Shown in pieces: positions 12,721 through 26,235 of a stretch of DNA of 64,000 bases. Position 1 is the first letter of the stretch; each line of letters begins with the position of its first letter. This stretch comes from Podarcis liolepis (Eukaryota), in assembly GCA_965112155.1 (NCBI GenBank), contig OZ218114.1. The stretch is one strand, 5' to 3'. The notes beneath the pieces are model-generated. The model ran no database searches. It had not been told where the DNA came from and saw only the letters and a list, made by a program, of their open reading frames with translations. The translations under genes were made by a program, and so were the position numbers.

Positions 12721-15700
12721 AGATTTAGGCTAGATTCATGTGCTGCGATGAAATTCTGTGGGACTCTATCAACACCAAGGAAAAAAGGGCTTTTCCTAGA
12801 GAAAATGGGCTTGACGGTTTGGATCCAAGCATCAGAAAACAAGCTCAAATGTGTGAAGACTGGAATCTAATGGGGAAACCAATGTGTCTTGTTTACATTG
12901 GTTCAGAAGTGATCCATTGTCACCTGGACTGGAAGAGAGGGCCTCTGTGCAAGGCCCAAAGACTCTGGAACAGACCTCTTGAGTTCCCTCCCCCACCTGA
13001 AAGCAGCCTTAAGGAAATCCACCACTAGCCCAACACAAGTGAGTTGGTTGTACATTTTCACAGGAGACCAGTCAATGCCACTCCAGACTCCTGAGTGGGC
13101 CATGTTGCAGCCATCATGGGTCTGAGCCAGGGAATTCTTTCAAGAAAGTTCCAGGTATGCTGGTGCACAACATGCAAGAAGCATCTGGTTTGACCTAGGA
13201 GGACAACAGCTGAGCACCTTAGAGAGGGGGGGGTGGCTCTACCTGAGAAGTCAGCAATAAACCTTGCTCTTATGGAATGGCACCAGTGTCAGCAAACAAA
13301 GGGATAGAGGCAGAGGCCCAGCACCTTGCAGAAAATGATCCCAGAGATTGTTCTGAGGCTCATTACTAGAACTGCTCTCATTACAGGGCAGGGGAGGGGG
13401 ACACAGAGGCCTCAATGTGCACTGAAGCAAGGGCAGTGAGCATTCTCTCTCTCTGGCATCACCTGTGGTTGCAGCGCATTATCACGCAAGGCCTTGTGAG
13501 GAGGCTGGAACAAAGTCAAAACTGCAAGACTCGGCCAGAGGAAGGAAGTTAATTTCTGCCAAGGGAGGCTAACTGTCTTACAAGGTAAACAAAGGTCAAA
13601 CGCACTCCAGACTGTCATATGCAAAGTGCACTCAAGCTGCCTCATCAACGCTCTCCTCCTTAGCAAAGGGCTGCAATATGTCAGATGGGGAACCTTCTGA
13701 ACAGCCAGCTTCTTTTCTCCACACACCCCTATCCTAAAGACAGTAATCCACATTAAATTGTAAGAGAATAGATGAGCTGCACAGTAGGAACTGAACTACC
13801 AGCTTCCTAAGTGAACAGGATGTGGCTTGGAGAACTGAGCCCCTTCTTCCAACTCAAGCTTGGAGGCCCAAGGGGATGCATCTGTAACCCCTGCGAAATG
13901 CAGCTTCCTCTCTCTGCCTTAGCTGCAACAGCCACCACCAGCATGGACTGGGCCTGTAGAATCTACCATGATCTAAATCTGAAGACAGGCCAAATATCAG
14001 GGTACTTCCCCATGCAATCCCAGTAGAAAACCAGCTGGTTCCCATTAGAACTATTCCCCCACCCATTTATTATAATAAAATATTAATTAACGAAGAAGAG
14101 CCATCCCTTCACCCAGGCAGGAGGTACCTGACAACAAAAACTGCATTAAAGAACAGGCACAAGATGGCTCATAGGGGAAAATGGGGTTTGAGGAGGCTGA
14201 AACATAGCAAAGGAGCAACAGGACTACAAGAACAAGCCCCAGTTATCCAAAGCAAGCTTTGTGCCCTGGAAGGAACCACACCCAACTGCTCCTGCACAGA
14301 AACTAACACACACCCAGCTATGGCAGCTGTATTTCCATCTCCACTCCCTACATCCTGGTTCCTGCCTCTGACACGCAGATCTGCCGGGCCAAGGGCACCA
14401 CCCATATGGTGCGGATGTTGCTGATACCACCATTACCCCCCCCCCTTGCTTATTTGTACAGCTCCTCCTTAGGCATACAGAGAGGCAAACAAGCCTGCAG
14501 TGAATGTTGGTACTGCATTCTCTCCCAGATGATGTTAGAAAGCACTTGCTGCTCCACCTGTGTGGAGCTAGAGAGGGGAAGCATCAGGAGGAGGAGAGGG
14601 CAATGATCAATATTCCAAGGAAGGTGGGGTCCAACTTGCACCAAAGTCTACAAGTTCTGTTAGCTTTCAGTGAATCTGAAAGAGCTAGGACAGATCTGGA
14701 GATTGAGCAAACCACTCAACCCCTCCTTCAAAAAGCACATGGAGTTAGGTTAGCAGCGAGAGGAGATAAATGGAAGATTTGCATCCAGAGAAGGAAGGGG
14801 CAGAAGTTGATGTTTATGAAATATTACTCTGAAGCACCGAGAACTAAAGACTTGCTTCACTTACAGTGATAGCTCCTAGATGCAGCACAGAAGCACAATC
14901 ACACGCTCCTCCCTCCATTTTATATGAGCAGCTGTCTCATTCCCCCATTCGGTTCTTCTTCAGACATAAGAATTGAATTGGAACCACCAATTCAGAAGGA
15001 GATACCCTTTCTCGCTTTTAAGGTTTTCACCTAGAAGCACATTCAAATCACAAACACATGCACACACATGATCCAGCCCACACCAAGAACCAGGAGAATA
15101 TGAGATCAGCTTTGGTGAGGCTTTGCTGCCAAAGTTTTCTCATACATGGAGAAAATGGACAGCTGCTAAGGGAGTGATGCTGAAACTAGGTTGGCAATAC
15201 AAAGGCAGAGAGAGAACAATTGGCGGAAGGAGCCAAAAAGGGAAAGGGGCAGATGTCACACATGCCTCTGGGCTCCGGCACACACCCCTGGCTAAACACA
15301 CAGTGCAGAACACACTCATCCAATGGACATTCAATGACAACACGCAGCCAGCGATTCTGCTGGTGTCACCAATTTTCAAAGCCTGCAGCAGAACATGCCT
15401 CCTAACTGCAACTGAAATCTACATTTCAGAGAGAAGCTCTCCCCACCCCCACCCTGCATAAGCACCAGTCTGAAAAGAGGGTCACTCTGCTGGGATGTAA
15501 CGCAAGCACCAGCACAAAGTGTTAGGTGCCAGTAAGAGAAAAAGAGAACAGTCACCCCGCCACGTTACCCCGTCCCTGCAGGCTATCAGCCAACAAAACC
15601 CAAACCCTAAACTGTATTGTGCTTTCAGGATAAACACCTTCACAACAACCAGATTTTGCATGAAAAGCTTTAAAGAGCTAGGGAGGGAAACAAGCTATAT

Positions 15701-18700
15701 AAAGCCATACAGCAAATACCCCAGAATTTCAAGGTGCCGATCCATTTGGAAGTGTTGCAAAAGGTTTCATGCCTTGCACACAAAATGCAGTTCTCCACAA
15801 GGAAGCAAGAGCACAATTTCTGCAGCGTATTACCAAAGCTCAAAACAAAAGCGCTGCCATCTATGGCTTTCACCTGGTGAAAATCCTATGCTCAGGGGGC
15901 AGCAGGGTTTTCATGGTCCAGGCGAACAAGACTTTCGTTTGGAGGCTAAACTGTGTTCGAAGGGTCTTGTGGCACCTTAAAAATGTTAACAAATTAAGAT
16001 AAAAGCTTGCAGGGACTAGAGTCCATTTCATAAAGGGGAGGTTTGGCCAAGGCCTCCCAGCAAACGGACTCTCAGCAGAACCGTAAGCACCCCAGAAGCC
16101 TAGGTGCGATGCTGCCATGCCTCAGCCATGAGGCCAGTCCACATGTTCTCTCCTTTCCTTCTTCAGCAGCAGCATCTAATAGCAGGTGGCACTACCAGCC
16201 CTACTGCCAGCCAAGCCCACAGAGAGAAGGAAAATTATGAAACAAGCAGAGCTACCAAGGATCACCAGGAGTCAAGCACCAAGCAGCTGGCTAAGCACCT
16301 TTTAATGTGCTGCTGCCCCATGAACAAACTTTCCCCTGAATTTATTTCACCTTCCTACACATGAGAATGGCAGGAGCTTACGTGAATGGATGGAAATTCC
16401 ACCAGACCTGGCTGGCACTTCCCGAAGTCATCCACTTCCCCCCTCCCATAGAAAAGAACTGTGCCACAAGCACTTTGGATTAGCCCAGCTGCTGCTGCTA
16501 CTACTGCTGCTGCACCTCCTACACACTCAAAGTGTTGTCAGGATCATTTTCATGGAAGGGACAGGGGAATAAGAGGCACAAGTGTTAACAACTCTGAAGT
16601 CCACAGCCCTGCTGTAGTAGCAGCAGTAGCAGGATTAACTCTTTCGCCCCAAAGGCCAACCAATGAGATACTTGTCGAGAGATGACAAGGGGCAGCAGCA
16701 GCTGCACAGCCCCTTCAGATCAGCTTTTCAAACAGCATTGCTCACCCCACAGTGGGTGCTCATACCTGGTTCTGAAAATTTAGCTAGTGCAGCCATGGCA
16801 GAATGAGCAGAACTGTGCACCTTGTTGGCAATGGTGTCAAGGGCATGGTGCCTGAAGCTGTGTTCACTTAAGGACAGCAGTTGGGGCCAGATTTAATCTG
16901 CAAGGCCAAACGACCATTTGAGGGCTGGGCAATGGAGGCAAGGTTGACTGGGAGACGCCTGAATTTGCCCACAACCCAAGTGCTAAAGAGCACAGTGATT
17001 TAGCCAGGAAAGTTCTGCTCCACTGTTTATGATGGATGCAGCTGTTTGTTTCTCTGCCACACAGAGAGACGATTCAGTGGCGAGGAAGCTACTGCATTTC
17101 CAGAGCGGAGTACTGAAGGGCAGCTGCAGAGAGAAGGGATTGCTCAAGAGGAAACATAACAAGGCTGGAGCCCAGCATGGAGCTGCTTCAAATGAAATGC
17201 AGATGAGATTCAAATGAAGAGCTCCCTCTTAAGGGAGCCACTGCCATTTCAAAACAAGAAGGGAACAGTCGTCTCCCCTCCCAGCCTTGCCACCTGGGTG
17301 CTACATAGGGTCTTGGAGAGGCACCCTCCAACACCCTGGAGGTTCTACTCTGGGGCCTCGGGCAGCCAGGCCATGGGCAAATCCAGGATTTAATCCTCTG
17401 TAAGCCACAAAGCCCCTCTTGTGCAGCACAGTTGTAGGGATGGGAGCAGTTGTGAAAAAAGTATTAAAGGTAGACAAAAGACACCCACATTTCAGATTTC
17501 ATATATGGGCATATATGTTTGATTTTTGCTGTGGATTTACAATGTGAGCTTTACACAGGAAGGTATTTCCTTTCCACTTTGGAGAAGAGCACAGATGAGC
17601 TATTATGGACAATTCAGCACTTGTGCAAATAATGGTGATTTTAACGTCTTTACCCAAAAATAAATATCAGTGCAAATCTCTAACTTTGTTCTTGCCTGAA
17701 ACTTTTGATTGAAGAATAGAAAGGTTAATAATGGGGCATAATTTACTTCTTCAAAAGCAGAGCTGGACTTTCATTCAAACTGGGAGCTTGTTACGTGGAA
17801 CTGCTGCATCCCACAGCTGATTCATACGTAACAAGCAGCTTTGAAGCCTGAGAATCACTGCTCACAGCAGTGCCCTACTTGTCCCAGCAGTGCCATGTCG
17901 GCAAGGCATACTCACAGAAGATGCAGCATAGGGACAAGTCAGCCCTGTGCATGGAAGCTGCTGCGCCTTCTGCGACTCAGCTTTGCCAGCATGGTACTGC
18001 TTGCAGAAGTAGAGCACCGCCATGGGCAGCGATTCACACCTTTCACAAGCACTCCTCCATAACACATAATGACGCAGCTCCCAAAAGTAAAAAGGTCTTG
18101 GGAAGATTTTCTGGATTTTGCTTTCATACAGCACTCCTCCATAAATGCACACAAGCACAGCATCTGAACAGTCCATCCTATGTCCTCAGTTGTCTACAAA
18201 ACAAAGCAGCAGAGAAGAAATCCTACACTAAAAGGAGGGCCTTCTCCCAGATTCATCAGAATGACAAAAGAAGCAATAATTATAAGTTAGAAAACCTGCA
18301 GCCTGGTGATGCCTTGTTCTTCAGGCCTCATAGAGCCGGAGCTCAAAAAACACACACAAAACAAGCAATTATTTAGGCTGCAATTAAAAGATGAGAATTT
18401 TTATGTTTGGAAGTGGGAGTATCAAAAGCAGAAGTGAAATGTAAGGGGCAATGAGGAGGTTTTGAGAGAGCTCCACAAACAAGCAGTTGCTTCCCAGGCA
18501 GAAGAGGCTCCCCAAAAGGATATCAAAGGACAGGCAGAGGCCCCAATCCAAGATCAGCAGGCAAGTGTTTTGGAACTGAAGTCACAGGACAGCTCAGTTA
18601 TTTTAATTTCATGGCCTTTATTGACCAAAGTCTACTGCACAAAGAACATACTTCTAGAGAACTGCTCCCAAAACAAAGCCCTTCTCAGCCTCAATCTAGC

Positions 18701-18931
18701 TGAGAAAGAAAACATTCAGCATTGGCCTCCAAAAGCTTGCCAACCATTGGCCCCCAATGCTAGTTGTCTCAAGAGTTGAAGACCAGCAGGGAACAGTAGG
18801 CACTTCCTGCCTGTGACCTCAGTTTCCTTCCTCACACCCCTCCTCAAGAAAAATGTCTGCCAAAGGAAGAGTGATGCTCTCCATGGCTGCTACCCAAGCA
18901 GTGCTCTTCAGCTAGAAGCTACAAAGCAGTC

Positions 18932-19109
18932 CAGTAAGCCCGCAACATACGCACATTTAATTTGTGCACATTCAGATTTACATGTGTCTGGGGAAAAGGA
19001 CTTTGGCAATCCCACCTGCCATGGAACCCAACGTGTTTTGGCTATACGTCGTTTTGGCTATAGGTAAAATCCACAGAACACAACCCACACACAAGCTGAG
19101 AGCTTACTG
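18932..19109. mobile_element. Tc1/mariner (Tigger-like) MITE, degenerate
   Basis: TIR CAGTAAGCCCGCAAC / GCTGAGAGCTTACTG. TA on the right flank, TC on the left. Confidence 0.65.
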
Positions 19110-19240
19110 TATTGCGATTGACTGTCCACACTACTGAGAGTACTGAGTTCTTCCTAGGGGTGTGCCTCAATATGCTCCGTGCACTCTAGCTGCTGTCCAA
19201 TTCACCTGAGCAACCACCTAAGCACACATCCACTATAGCC

Positions 19241-19376
19241 CAGGCATAGGCAAAGTCAGCCCTCCAGATGTTTTGGGACTACAACTCCCATCATCCCTAG
19301 CTAACAGGACCAGTGGTCAGGGATGATGAGAGTTATAGTCCCAAAACATCTGGAGGGCCAAGTTTGCCTATGCCTG
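19241..19376. mobile_element. 136-bp palindromic hAT-type MITE
   Basis: TIR CAGGCATAGGCAAA...TTTGCCTATGCCTG. Perfect 8-bp TSD CTATAGCC on both sides. Confidence 0.95.
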
Positions 19377-20174
19377 CTATAGCCTTTGCAGTGGGCACCA
19401 TTTTATCACCCTGTTTATTCTTTTTTGGGGCAGAATATAAATTTAATAAATAAAATAATAAAATAACAATCTTTTTATAAAGCAGAAAAACATTTTCTGA
19501 TTGTATTTTAAAATATATTTATTAACTCAACAATTCTGTATTTCTTTGATACTAAAAAAGCAAAATGGAACTTAAAGGAAACAGTGTGACTGCTCCATCA
19601 GGCCTGCCACTAAACTGCAGACTGGTCATTATGACAACAACTGCTTAAGAATCAATGTCAGAGTTTGATTCTCCTACCTTCTTTCCCTTCCTGTCCCTTT
19701 CCCTTTGCGTGCCACGTTTTTTAGATTGTAACCCTGCAGACAGGAATTGTCTTGTTTTAATTTATTGTACACTGGTTGCCTAAAGCTGAGAACAAATGCT
19801 ATAAATAAATAAATTTTAAAATGACAATCTTGGGGGAAACAACTTTCTGGTCCCTATAATTTTAGCAAGGTGGCTAATGGCAGTGACTGGAAAGATTTTT
19901 TTTTTTAATTGATTGGCCTGGTTTTATGGCACTATTAACACTCTTTCACTTAAGTGGAATTCTGCTGTTTTAATTACTTTTCAGGGGGGGAGTTACTGAC
20001 TTACAGACATAACCGTATCAGCTCAGCAGTAAGCTCTACTATACAGGTGGTACTTAACCCCCAGAAAGTTGACAATGATCCATCCTGGCACCACATTGCT
20101 GGAGGAACCCCCTCATACTCAGTTGAAATTTCCACATGGAGTCCCTTCCAATTCTACGATTCGATGTGGTCGGA

Positions 20175-20970
20175 ATGTAGAAAAATCCAGCCTTTCCGGA
20201 ATTTGATACTTCAAGAAATGAATATAATAACAATTGGAAGTCAAACCAGAATTAGCTTTATTAAATATATTTCAAGGCAACAATCTGGAAATACATAATA
20301 AAGAATTAATAAGCCATTTATTACAAGCAGCGAAACGCAACATAACCTAAGATACTGGAAATACCTTTCTGGCACAAAGATAGACAACTGGTGCAAAACA
20401 GTTTCAGAAACAGCTCTCCTTGAGAGATTAACAAATAAACTATATGGTTGACATGCAGACAGATCAAGAAATATGGCTTTACCCTGGTGTGGTTTAATTT
20501 TATAACATTGCCAAGATTCCTGAAAATGCACAACCACAACCCCATCATTTGGCTCAATCTGGTTGATCTAAATTTAAATTTAAACATAAATTATTATATT
20601 CACTATGAACCCCCCTCCCACATTCATCATGGGTAACATAAGAGGGAAAATGACTATTATTCATACTCAATCTAAACACAACCACAAGGGCTGCTGATTA
20701 GGCGTTTAACTATGCAATGTTGAATGTTATCTGCTAACTCTTTTCTATCCTGTTTCCCCTTCGTTATTGTTACTGTTTTTATTTAAACCATGCCATGAAC
20801 CAAGAACTTGTACACTGACCATTAACAATTAGCAATATGCTGTAGATATCACTGCCTATTTCTTATGCTATTATTGTGATGTACAAAAGACATGAGAAGG
20901 CTTGGTCTATTTTTTCATAGCATTTATTATTCCTAAGTTCCTAGTTTATAAAACCCAATAAAAGTTATTT
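20175..20970 (+). mobile_element. L1-clade LINE 3' relic
   Basis: A-rich. EVKPELALLNIFQG..ISHLLQAAKRNI..YWK..IDNW resembles the L1 ORF2 C-terminus. T-rich 3'UTR and AATAAAA near 20958. Confidence 0.6.
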
Positions 20971-21854
20971 AATTAAGTCCTACTGAGTTCAATGGGCCTC
21001 ACTCCCAAGTAAGTGGGTTTAGAACTTCAGCTTTACTCATTTTCTATAGTTGTATGGCCGCCCGAGAACATAGTCTGGACAGTTCACAAAAATGAAAAGG
21101 TGAAAAATGCAATACAAAACCATAAAAGCAGTATAAAACTTAGTTCTGGCAGATATACACAAATCAATAAAACTGGGGTGCCACCAGCCCAAAGGCCTTC
21201 TAGGAACCACTTCAGCCTCATTTCATTTGGCACTCAGGACAGGGCTTGTGAGGAAGAGTAAAATCTTAAGTGTCAGGAGAAGGCAATATATCTAGTAGCC
21301 TGGTCCCAAGTCATTTAGTGCAATAAAGGTTAATACCAGCACTTTAAACTGGGTCAGAAACACATTATAGCTGCAAAAGCATTTGAGCACTAATCAGCTT
21401 ATTGACTAAAAAAAATAATTGAATGGGGTGATAAAATAAAACCCATTGTAAAGGTTACTGGCGAAGCGGGCAGAGCTGTGATAGGTTTATCACCTGATAC
21501 ATCTCTGACCAGATCAAAGCCCGACCTGTTTAAAATATTGGCAGAATAGTACTAAGGGCATCTACACCTGTAGAGATTTGTGCAACTTGTCCTTTTCTCA
21601 GAAAAATGTCAGACTTTCTGAAGTCTGGGAAAAGATGGAAGAAAACAATGGGAAAGTTCAAAATGACAGTATCATGAGGGTGCCCCATAAAGAGTGGACG
21701 AAGAATGGCAATTCCACACTCAAGGCCTAGTGTGGAAGCACCACACATTACCAGGCACCCCAGAACATCAACGGGCTGAGAATTCCAATGAGTTCACTAC
21801 AAGCCAGATCAAACAGCTGCTCTCTGCTGCTCCAGAGAGCAGGACCAAATTTGA

Positions 21855-22390
21855 GGGGCTTAAATTACAAGAGGGTCCTTCTCAGTCAAACACTTAATGC
21901 ACTGTTGTCAAAAGTTGTTCAGAAATGAAGCAAGTCACCCTGATGGGAAGGCGCTCCTTCCCTAGAGTTCTTCAAGCAGAAGCTACTGCACAGCTACCTG
22001 TGGAAATTGAAGAAGTCCTACATTTCCTGCATGAGACAGGATATTGGACTATCAGGGGTGGCCAACTCCCAAGAGACTGCAATCTACTCACAGAGTTTAA
22101 AAACTGGCAGTGATCTACCCCCGTTTTTGGAGTACAGGTAAAAGTTGTTCAGCTTTTTTAGGGAGGAGGAAAGCCCCGTTTTTGAGGGGTGCAGGGCAAA
22201 AATGTTGAGCTTCTTTTAGGGGAGCCAAAGTTGTTGAGCTTCTTGGGGGGGGGGGAGCCTGTGATCTACCAGTGATCTACCACAGACGTCCAGTGATCTA
22301 CCGGTAGATCACGATCTACCTGTTGGACGTGCCTGGACTAGGTGGCTTACTACACCTCTCTCTCCAAGTCTTTTGAGTCTATGATTTCAG
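21855..22390 (+). mobile_element. Degenerate CR1 3' end split by a MITE
   Basis: GGGCTTAAATTACAAGA...TTCCTGCAT...TTGGACTA [insert] GACTAGGTG...GAGTCTATGATT. Confidence 0.6.
22053..22335. mobile_element. hAT-type MITE with GATCTAC subterminal repeats
   Basis: CAGGGGTGGCCAAC...GTTGGACGTGCCTG termini. Repeated GATCTACC motifs. GACTA duplicated on the flanks (imperfect TSD). Confidence 0.8.
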
Positions 22391-24186
22391 CTTACAATTG
22401 AAAAGCAAGAATGAAGCCATCCCCTCTGGGAAAGAAAATTAAGTGGAGAGTCTCTCAAGATGGGCAAACTTGAAAACTAAACTATCAAGGCTTCGAGCAC
22501 AATAGGTTCTTTTGGCTATGGTGTCAAAGCCACAAACTGGATTTTTAAGTAGGAACCTGGGGCCAGCTGACTGTGTGATGATACTGAAGGGGCTTTCGCA
22601 TACATCTGCCACACGCATACCCCACCTCAGAAGCCCTGTACAAATGTGTCAAGGTGGCAAGGAATATGTTTCTGTAGCATTCCCAAAAGGACATCTGCCC
22701 TTGAATGTTGCAGCTTTAGCAGGTACCTAGCATGGGTCTGCAACAAGGGCTCATTGAACTCTTACCGTGGGAAGCATCCCTTAGTCCCATCATCTGATTC
22801 CTGCACCCTCACACCAGGACAGAAACCTACACAGGCATCCTGGGTCAGCTTCCTGCCCAGGAGAGAGTCCCTTCTTACTCGAGGAAGAGGGTGCATTTCA
22901 TGAGACAGACAGAGAAAGGGCGACCATTGTCCCCAAATGTGCAGAGATGAGGATGTGAACAACCAGCCTCTCTCTTTGGGGACTAAAAGGCCTGCAGCCT
23001 TTCACATCTGTCTCTCATGCAAAATGAAAGAGAATTTGAAAGCAGAGGCTTGGGAATAAAGCACTGCCTGTTCTGGGGGGAGGGAAGGAGGCTGGCATCA
23101 CTGTGCTTCTGCTGCCACCCATGTCATGCTCACTAACAACCAGGGTGGGGAGGAATGAGCATCCATCCAGCAACTGCCTCAAAGTCCCGAAACACCTGCC
23201 TTGTCCCATCACAAGCCCAAGTCTTCTTTGCCCATCTAACACAGGGGGAAAGCATCCCTGGACACAGAAACGCCCTGTATAATGCATGTGCTGCTGCATG
23301 TGCTGCTGTTTATTTGGTTGCTGTCAGGAATGGTTGCAATTAGCATTGCAGACTTAGGAAGAGAGCAGAAGCCATACAGCTACTGTTGGAGGTAGAAAAG
23401 CTCCTCCAGCAAGAGCCTGGCATGAGGTTCCAGAGCAAAGGCCCCTGTTTACCTCCCATGCCCACATATGCTGCATACTACCCTGCAAGAAAGAAAGGAA
23501 GGAAGGAAGGAAGGAAGGAAGGGCCAACAAATGGGGACCTCACTCATTGGTTGTCCCCCAAAGTTCCTACCTGAGAGTGGCCAAATGCCACTGAGCGCAA
23601 CGTTCCTCTGTGTCTATACACAGTGCACAGACATAGCGCATTTGGGCCGCTGCAGTTTCTCCTGTCATCCCAAGAGGATACATATGCTCAAATCCGCCTT
23701 TCCGCACAGCCTTTAAAGGCACAGACCTTCCCCCCACCCCATATGGAACCTGGCAGGCTTTCGCTGAGAGTTGATGCCATCAGCTGAAGCCTGCTAGGCA
23801 GATTTAGGAACTACTCCTGAAGGGGGCTTGAAACATTTCGTCTCCCCTGCAAGACAGGCAGAAGGTGGCAGACAGGAGATTTACCGGCTGCTTGGCTTTT
23901 GCTTCAGCTCCCTACAGTTCCACTAATCTATGGCCACCTGTTCCTGGCTCAGCATGTCACTCCCCTCGCCATCACTCTCCAGCCCCTGAAAGATTTACAC
24001 ACACAGGAATTAAGGGAGCCCAGCAATTGGCCTTTAAGTGCTCGGATTGGTGAGGGCAGGAGAGAGCACTAAGCTTATCTGGTTGGCTGCTGTCCCTCGC
24101 AAATGGCAACGCTTCACACATGCACACACCCAGCCCCTCTCTCTGGCTGACATATAGCATGGAGTTTGCTCAAAGGCATTCAGTCA

Positions 24187-24345
24187 CAGGAAGCTGCCTT
24201 ATACCCATGTCAGACCTTCAGGTCCATCTAGCTCATATTGTCTACAGCTCTGCAGGATGTTAGACAGGGGCCAGTCCTAGCCTTACCAGGGATTGAACCT
24301 GGGACCTTCTGCATGTAAAGCAGATGATCCAGTTTGGAGCTACTC
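24187..24345 (-). mobile_element. Squam3-like tRNA-derived SINE
   Basis: AGGAAGCTGCCTTATAC..GTCAGACC..GGTCCATCTAGCTCA...GGGATTGAACCTGGGACCTTCTGCATG (B-box in antisense). Confidence 0.8.
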
Positions 24346-25381
24346 TCTCAGCAGCCAATAATCCGTTGGCTGAAAACCTCAGCCTCTCAAGAAAATCACT
24401 GATCCCTGTAACTGCCACAGGAGGACAAACTCCTAGCAAATGGTGAATGAAAAGAGAATCCATGCACCATTTATTCCAAGCTGCACACTAGTTACCAGCA
24501 AGTGCCTCACCTCACCCTTGTAAGCATGGACTCTTTTGGACATGGACTACAAGGCAACTCCCATCATTCCAGGATAGTCCATCTCCTCTCCTCTCTACAT
24601 ACTCTGGCCTGGTTTCTGGCTTGGAGAAGGAGGCCTCCTGTGGTCCCTCTGGAGGACTGTCATCATCTTCTTCATCTGCAGCTCACCACAGGAAATATGT
24701 CCAATTGACCTGACAGGGCCTCTCAGCAGCATTGGGCACAAAAGAACAGATGATATTCAGGTTAAAATGCCAGGAGAGAGAGATGGCAGGAGCCCCAGAT
24801 TGTCTTTTCTATGGTGGAACCACTCACATTTTAGGCAAATATAGGCTTCTTGGCTTTTCAAGCATTATTGTTCTTGAATAATGTTTTGTTGAACTTTTAA
24901 ACTATGTGTTTTAAATCATACTGAAGGTCGCCTGGAGTCTCCTAGCAAATAAATACAACAAACAGCAGAAATTGAGTAGCCTTTCAGGGATTACACAAGA
25001 CGCAGTTTGAAACCACAGCTCCAATGCTAACAGAATGAATGGACAAAATATAGCATCATCTGAGGAAGCAACAACAGAAGCTAGGGGAGGGGTAAGACCC
25101 CTGTTATTCCAATACTTCCAGGACAGAGGGACAATATTGACACTGTTTAAGAACTATGGAAGGGCTGAGGGAAGAAATAAATGTGAGCGAATTGTTTAGG
25201 TCTAAAGATAGCCAAACTCTGATAGGGAAACAATATATACAGTACTGTATGTTGGGTATACAGGGGAAATGACAAAACATTTAGGCAGGAATCAGACCAA
25301 GGCAATGGAATTGAACTAAAATTCTATTGAATTTAGTAACAGCAGACTTTTCTCAAAAAAAGTCTTTAAAATTCAGTATCA

Positions 25382-25705
25382 AGGCTCATCCACACTTTCG
25401 TTTGTGCGGCAATATCTAGGCAGAGGTCCATGATTTGTAGCCATGGGTCTGAGTGGTTGTGTTGTTGTTGTTGTTGTTGTTTTGTCCTGCTGTGTTCCCC
25501 AGGAAAACCCGCTTGCTTACCACTGAATCAGAACAAACATGTCAATCCGCAGAAAACTCGATTAACATTTCTTCCAGTTCAGCAGTAAACAGCAGGTTTT
25601 CCCAAGGAAGGTGATGGGACAAAAAAAAACCCTGCTTGGATCCATGCTACAAATCAATGACCTGTGCCTAGAAATCGTGGCACAAACAGAAGTATAGACG
25701 AGCCC
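25382..25705. mobile_element. PIF/Harbinger-like MITE
   Basis: TIR AGGCTCATCCACACTT / AAGTATAGACGAGCCC. 3-bp TSD TCA/TCA. Extended imperfect palindrome with an internal (GTT)n. Confidence 0.75.
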
Positions 25706-25709
25706 TCAA

Positions 25710-26235
25710 TGGCATTTAACACCATACAGACTGAACCACATTTACACAATAGTACGGACATATTTTTCAACATATATTTTGAGAATATGATCTGGACTTT
25801 CTGGAGTATAATTCAGAATCTAATCAGAGTAATGACTGGATATCTTTTTACCATTAGATCCAAATATATTGTTATTAGGCTATCTAAAGAAATAAATTAT
25901 TGATGTGGACTTGGAATTGGTAGTTAACCTTCTTATAGCTAACCTTCTTATAGCCCCAAATTATAAGAATAATACTGACCCTCGGGTTTTGTACTGGTAT
26001 TAAAATAACTTGAAATACAGCAATACTATCTAAATTAATATACTACAGAAGAATGAGTAACAAACAGCTTTCAAATGTCTTTGTAAAAGACGGGTTTCAG
26101 TTGTGATGTTTTGGGTTAACAAGCATCAGGATACTATTCAACCCTATACTTCTTTTGTTTCATTGCAATCATGAATATGTATGATTCTTTTGTGAATATA
26201 AATATGTACTGCATTACTTCTTCTTTTATTTAAAT
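25710..26235 (+). mobile_element. L1-like 3' relic (probably continues upstream at about 25020-25380)
   Basis: AT-rich. NMIWTFWSIIQNLIRVM..LLGYL..NLLIA resembles the L1 ORF2 C-terminus. Confidence 0.45.

Noticed and set aside
22120-22320. CRISPR-like or other repeat-spacer array
   Set aside because: The short repeats are MITE subterminal motifs inside TIRs, in vertebrate DNA with no cas genes.
25925-25954. 15-bp tandem duplication (similar 11-15 bp duplications near 23284, 53110, 62624 and 62801)
   Set aside because: Real but routine slippage products with no sign of function.
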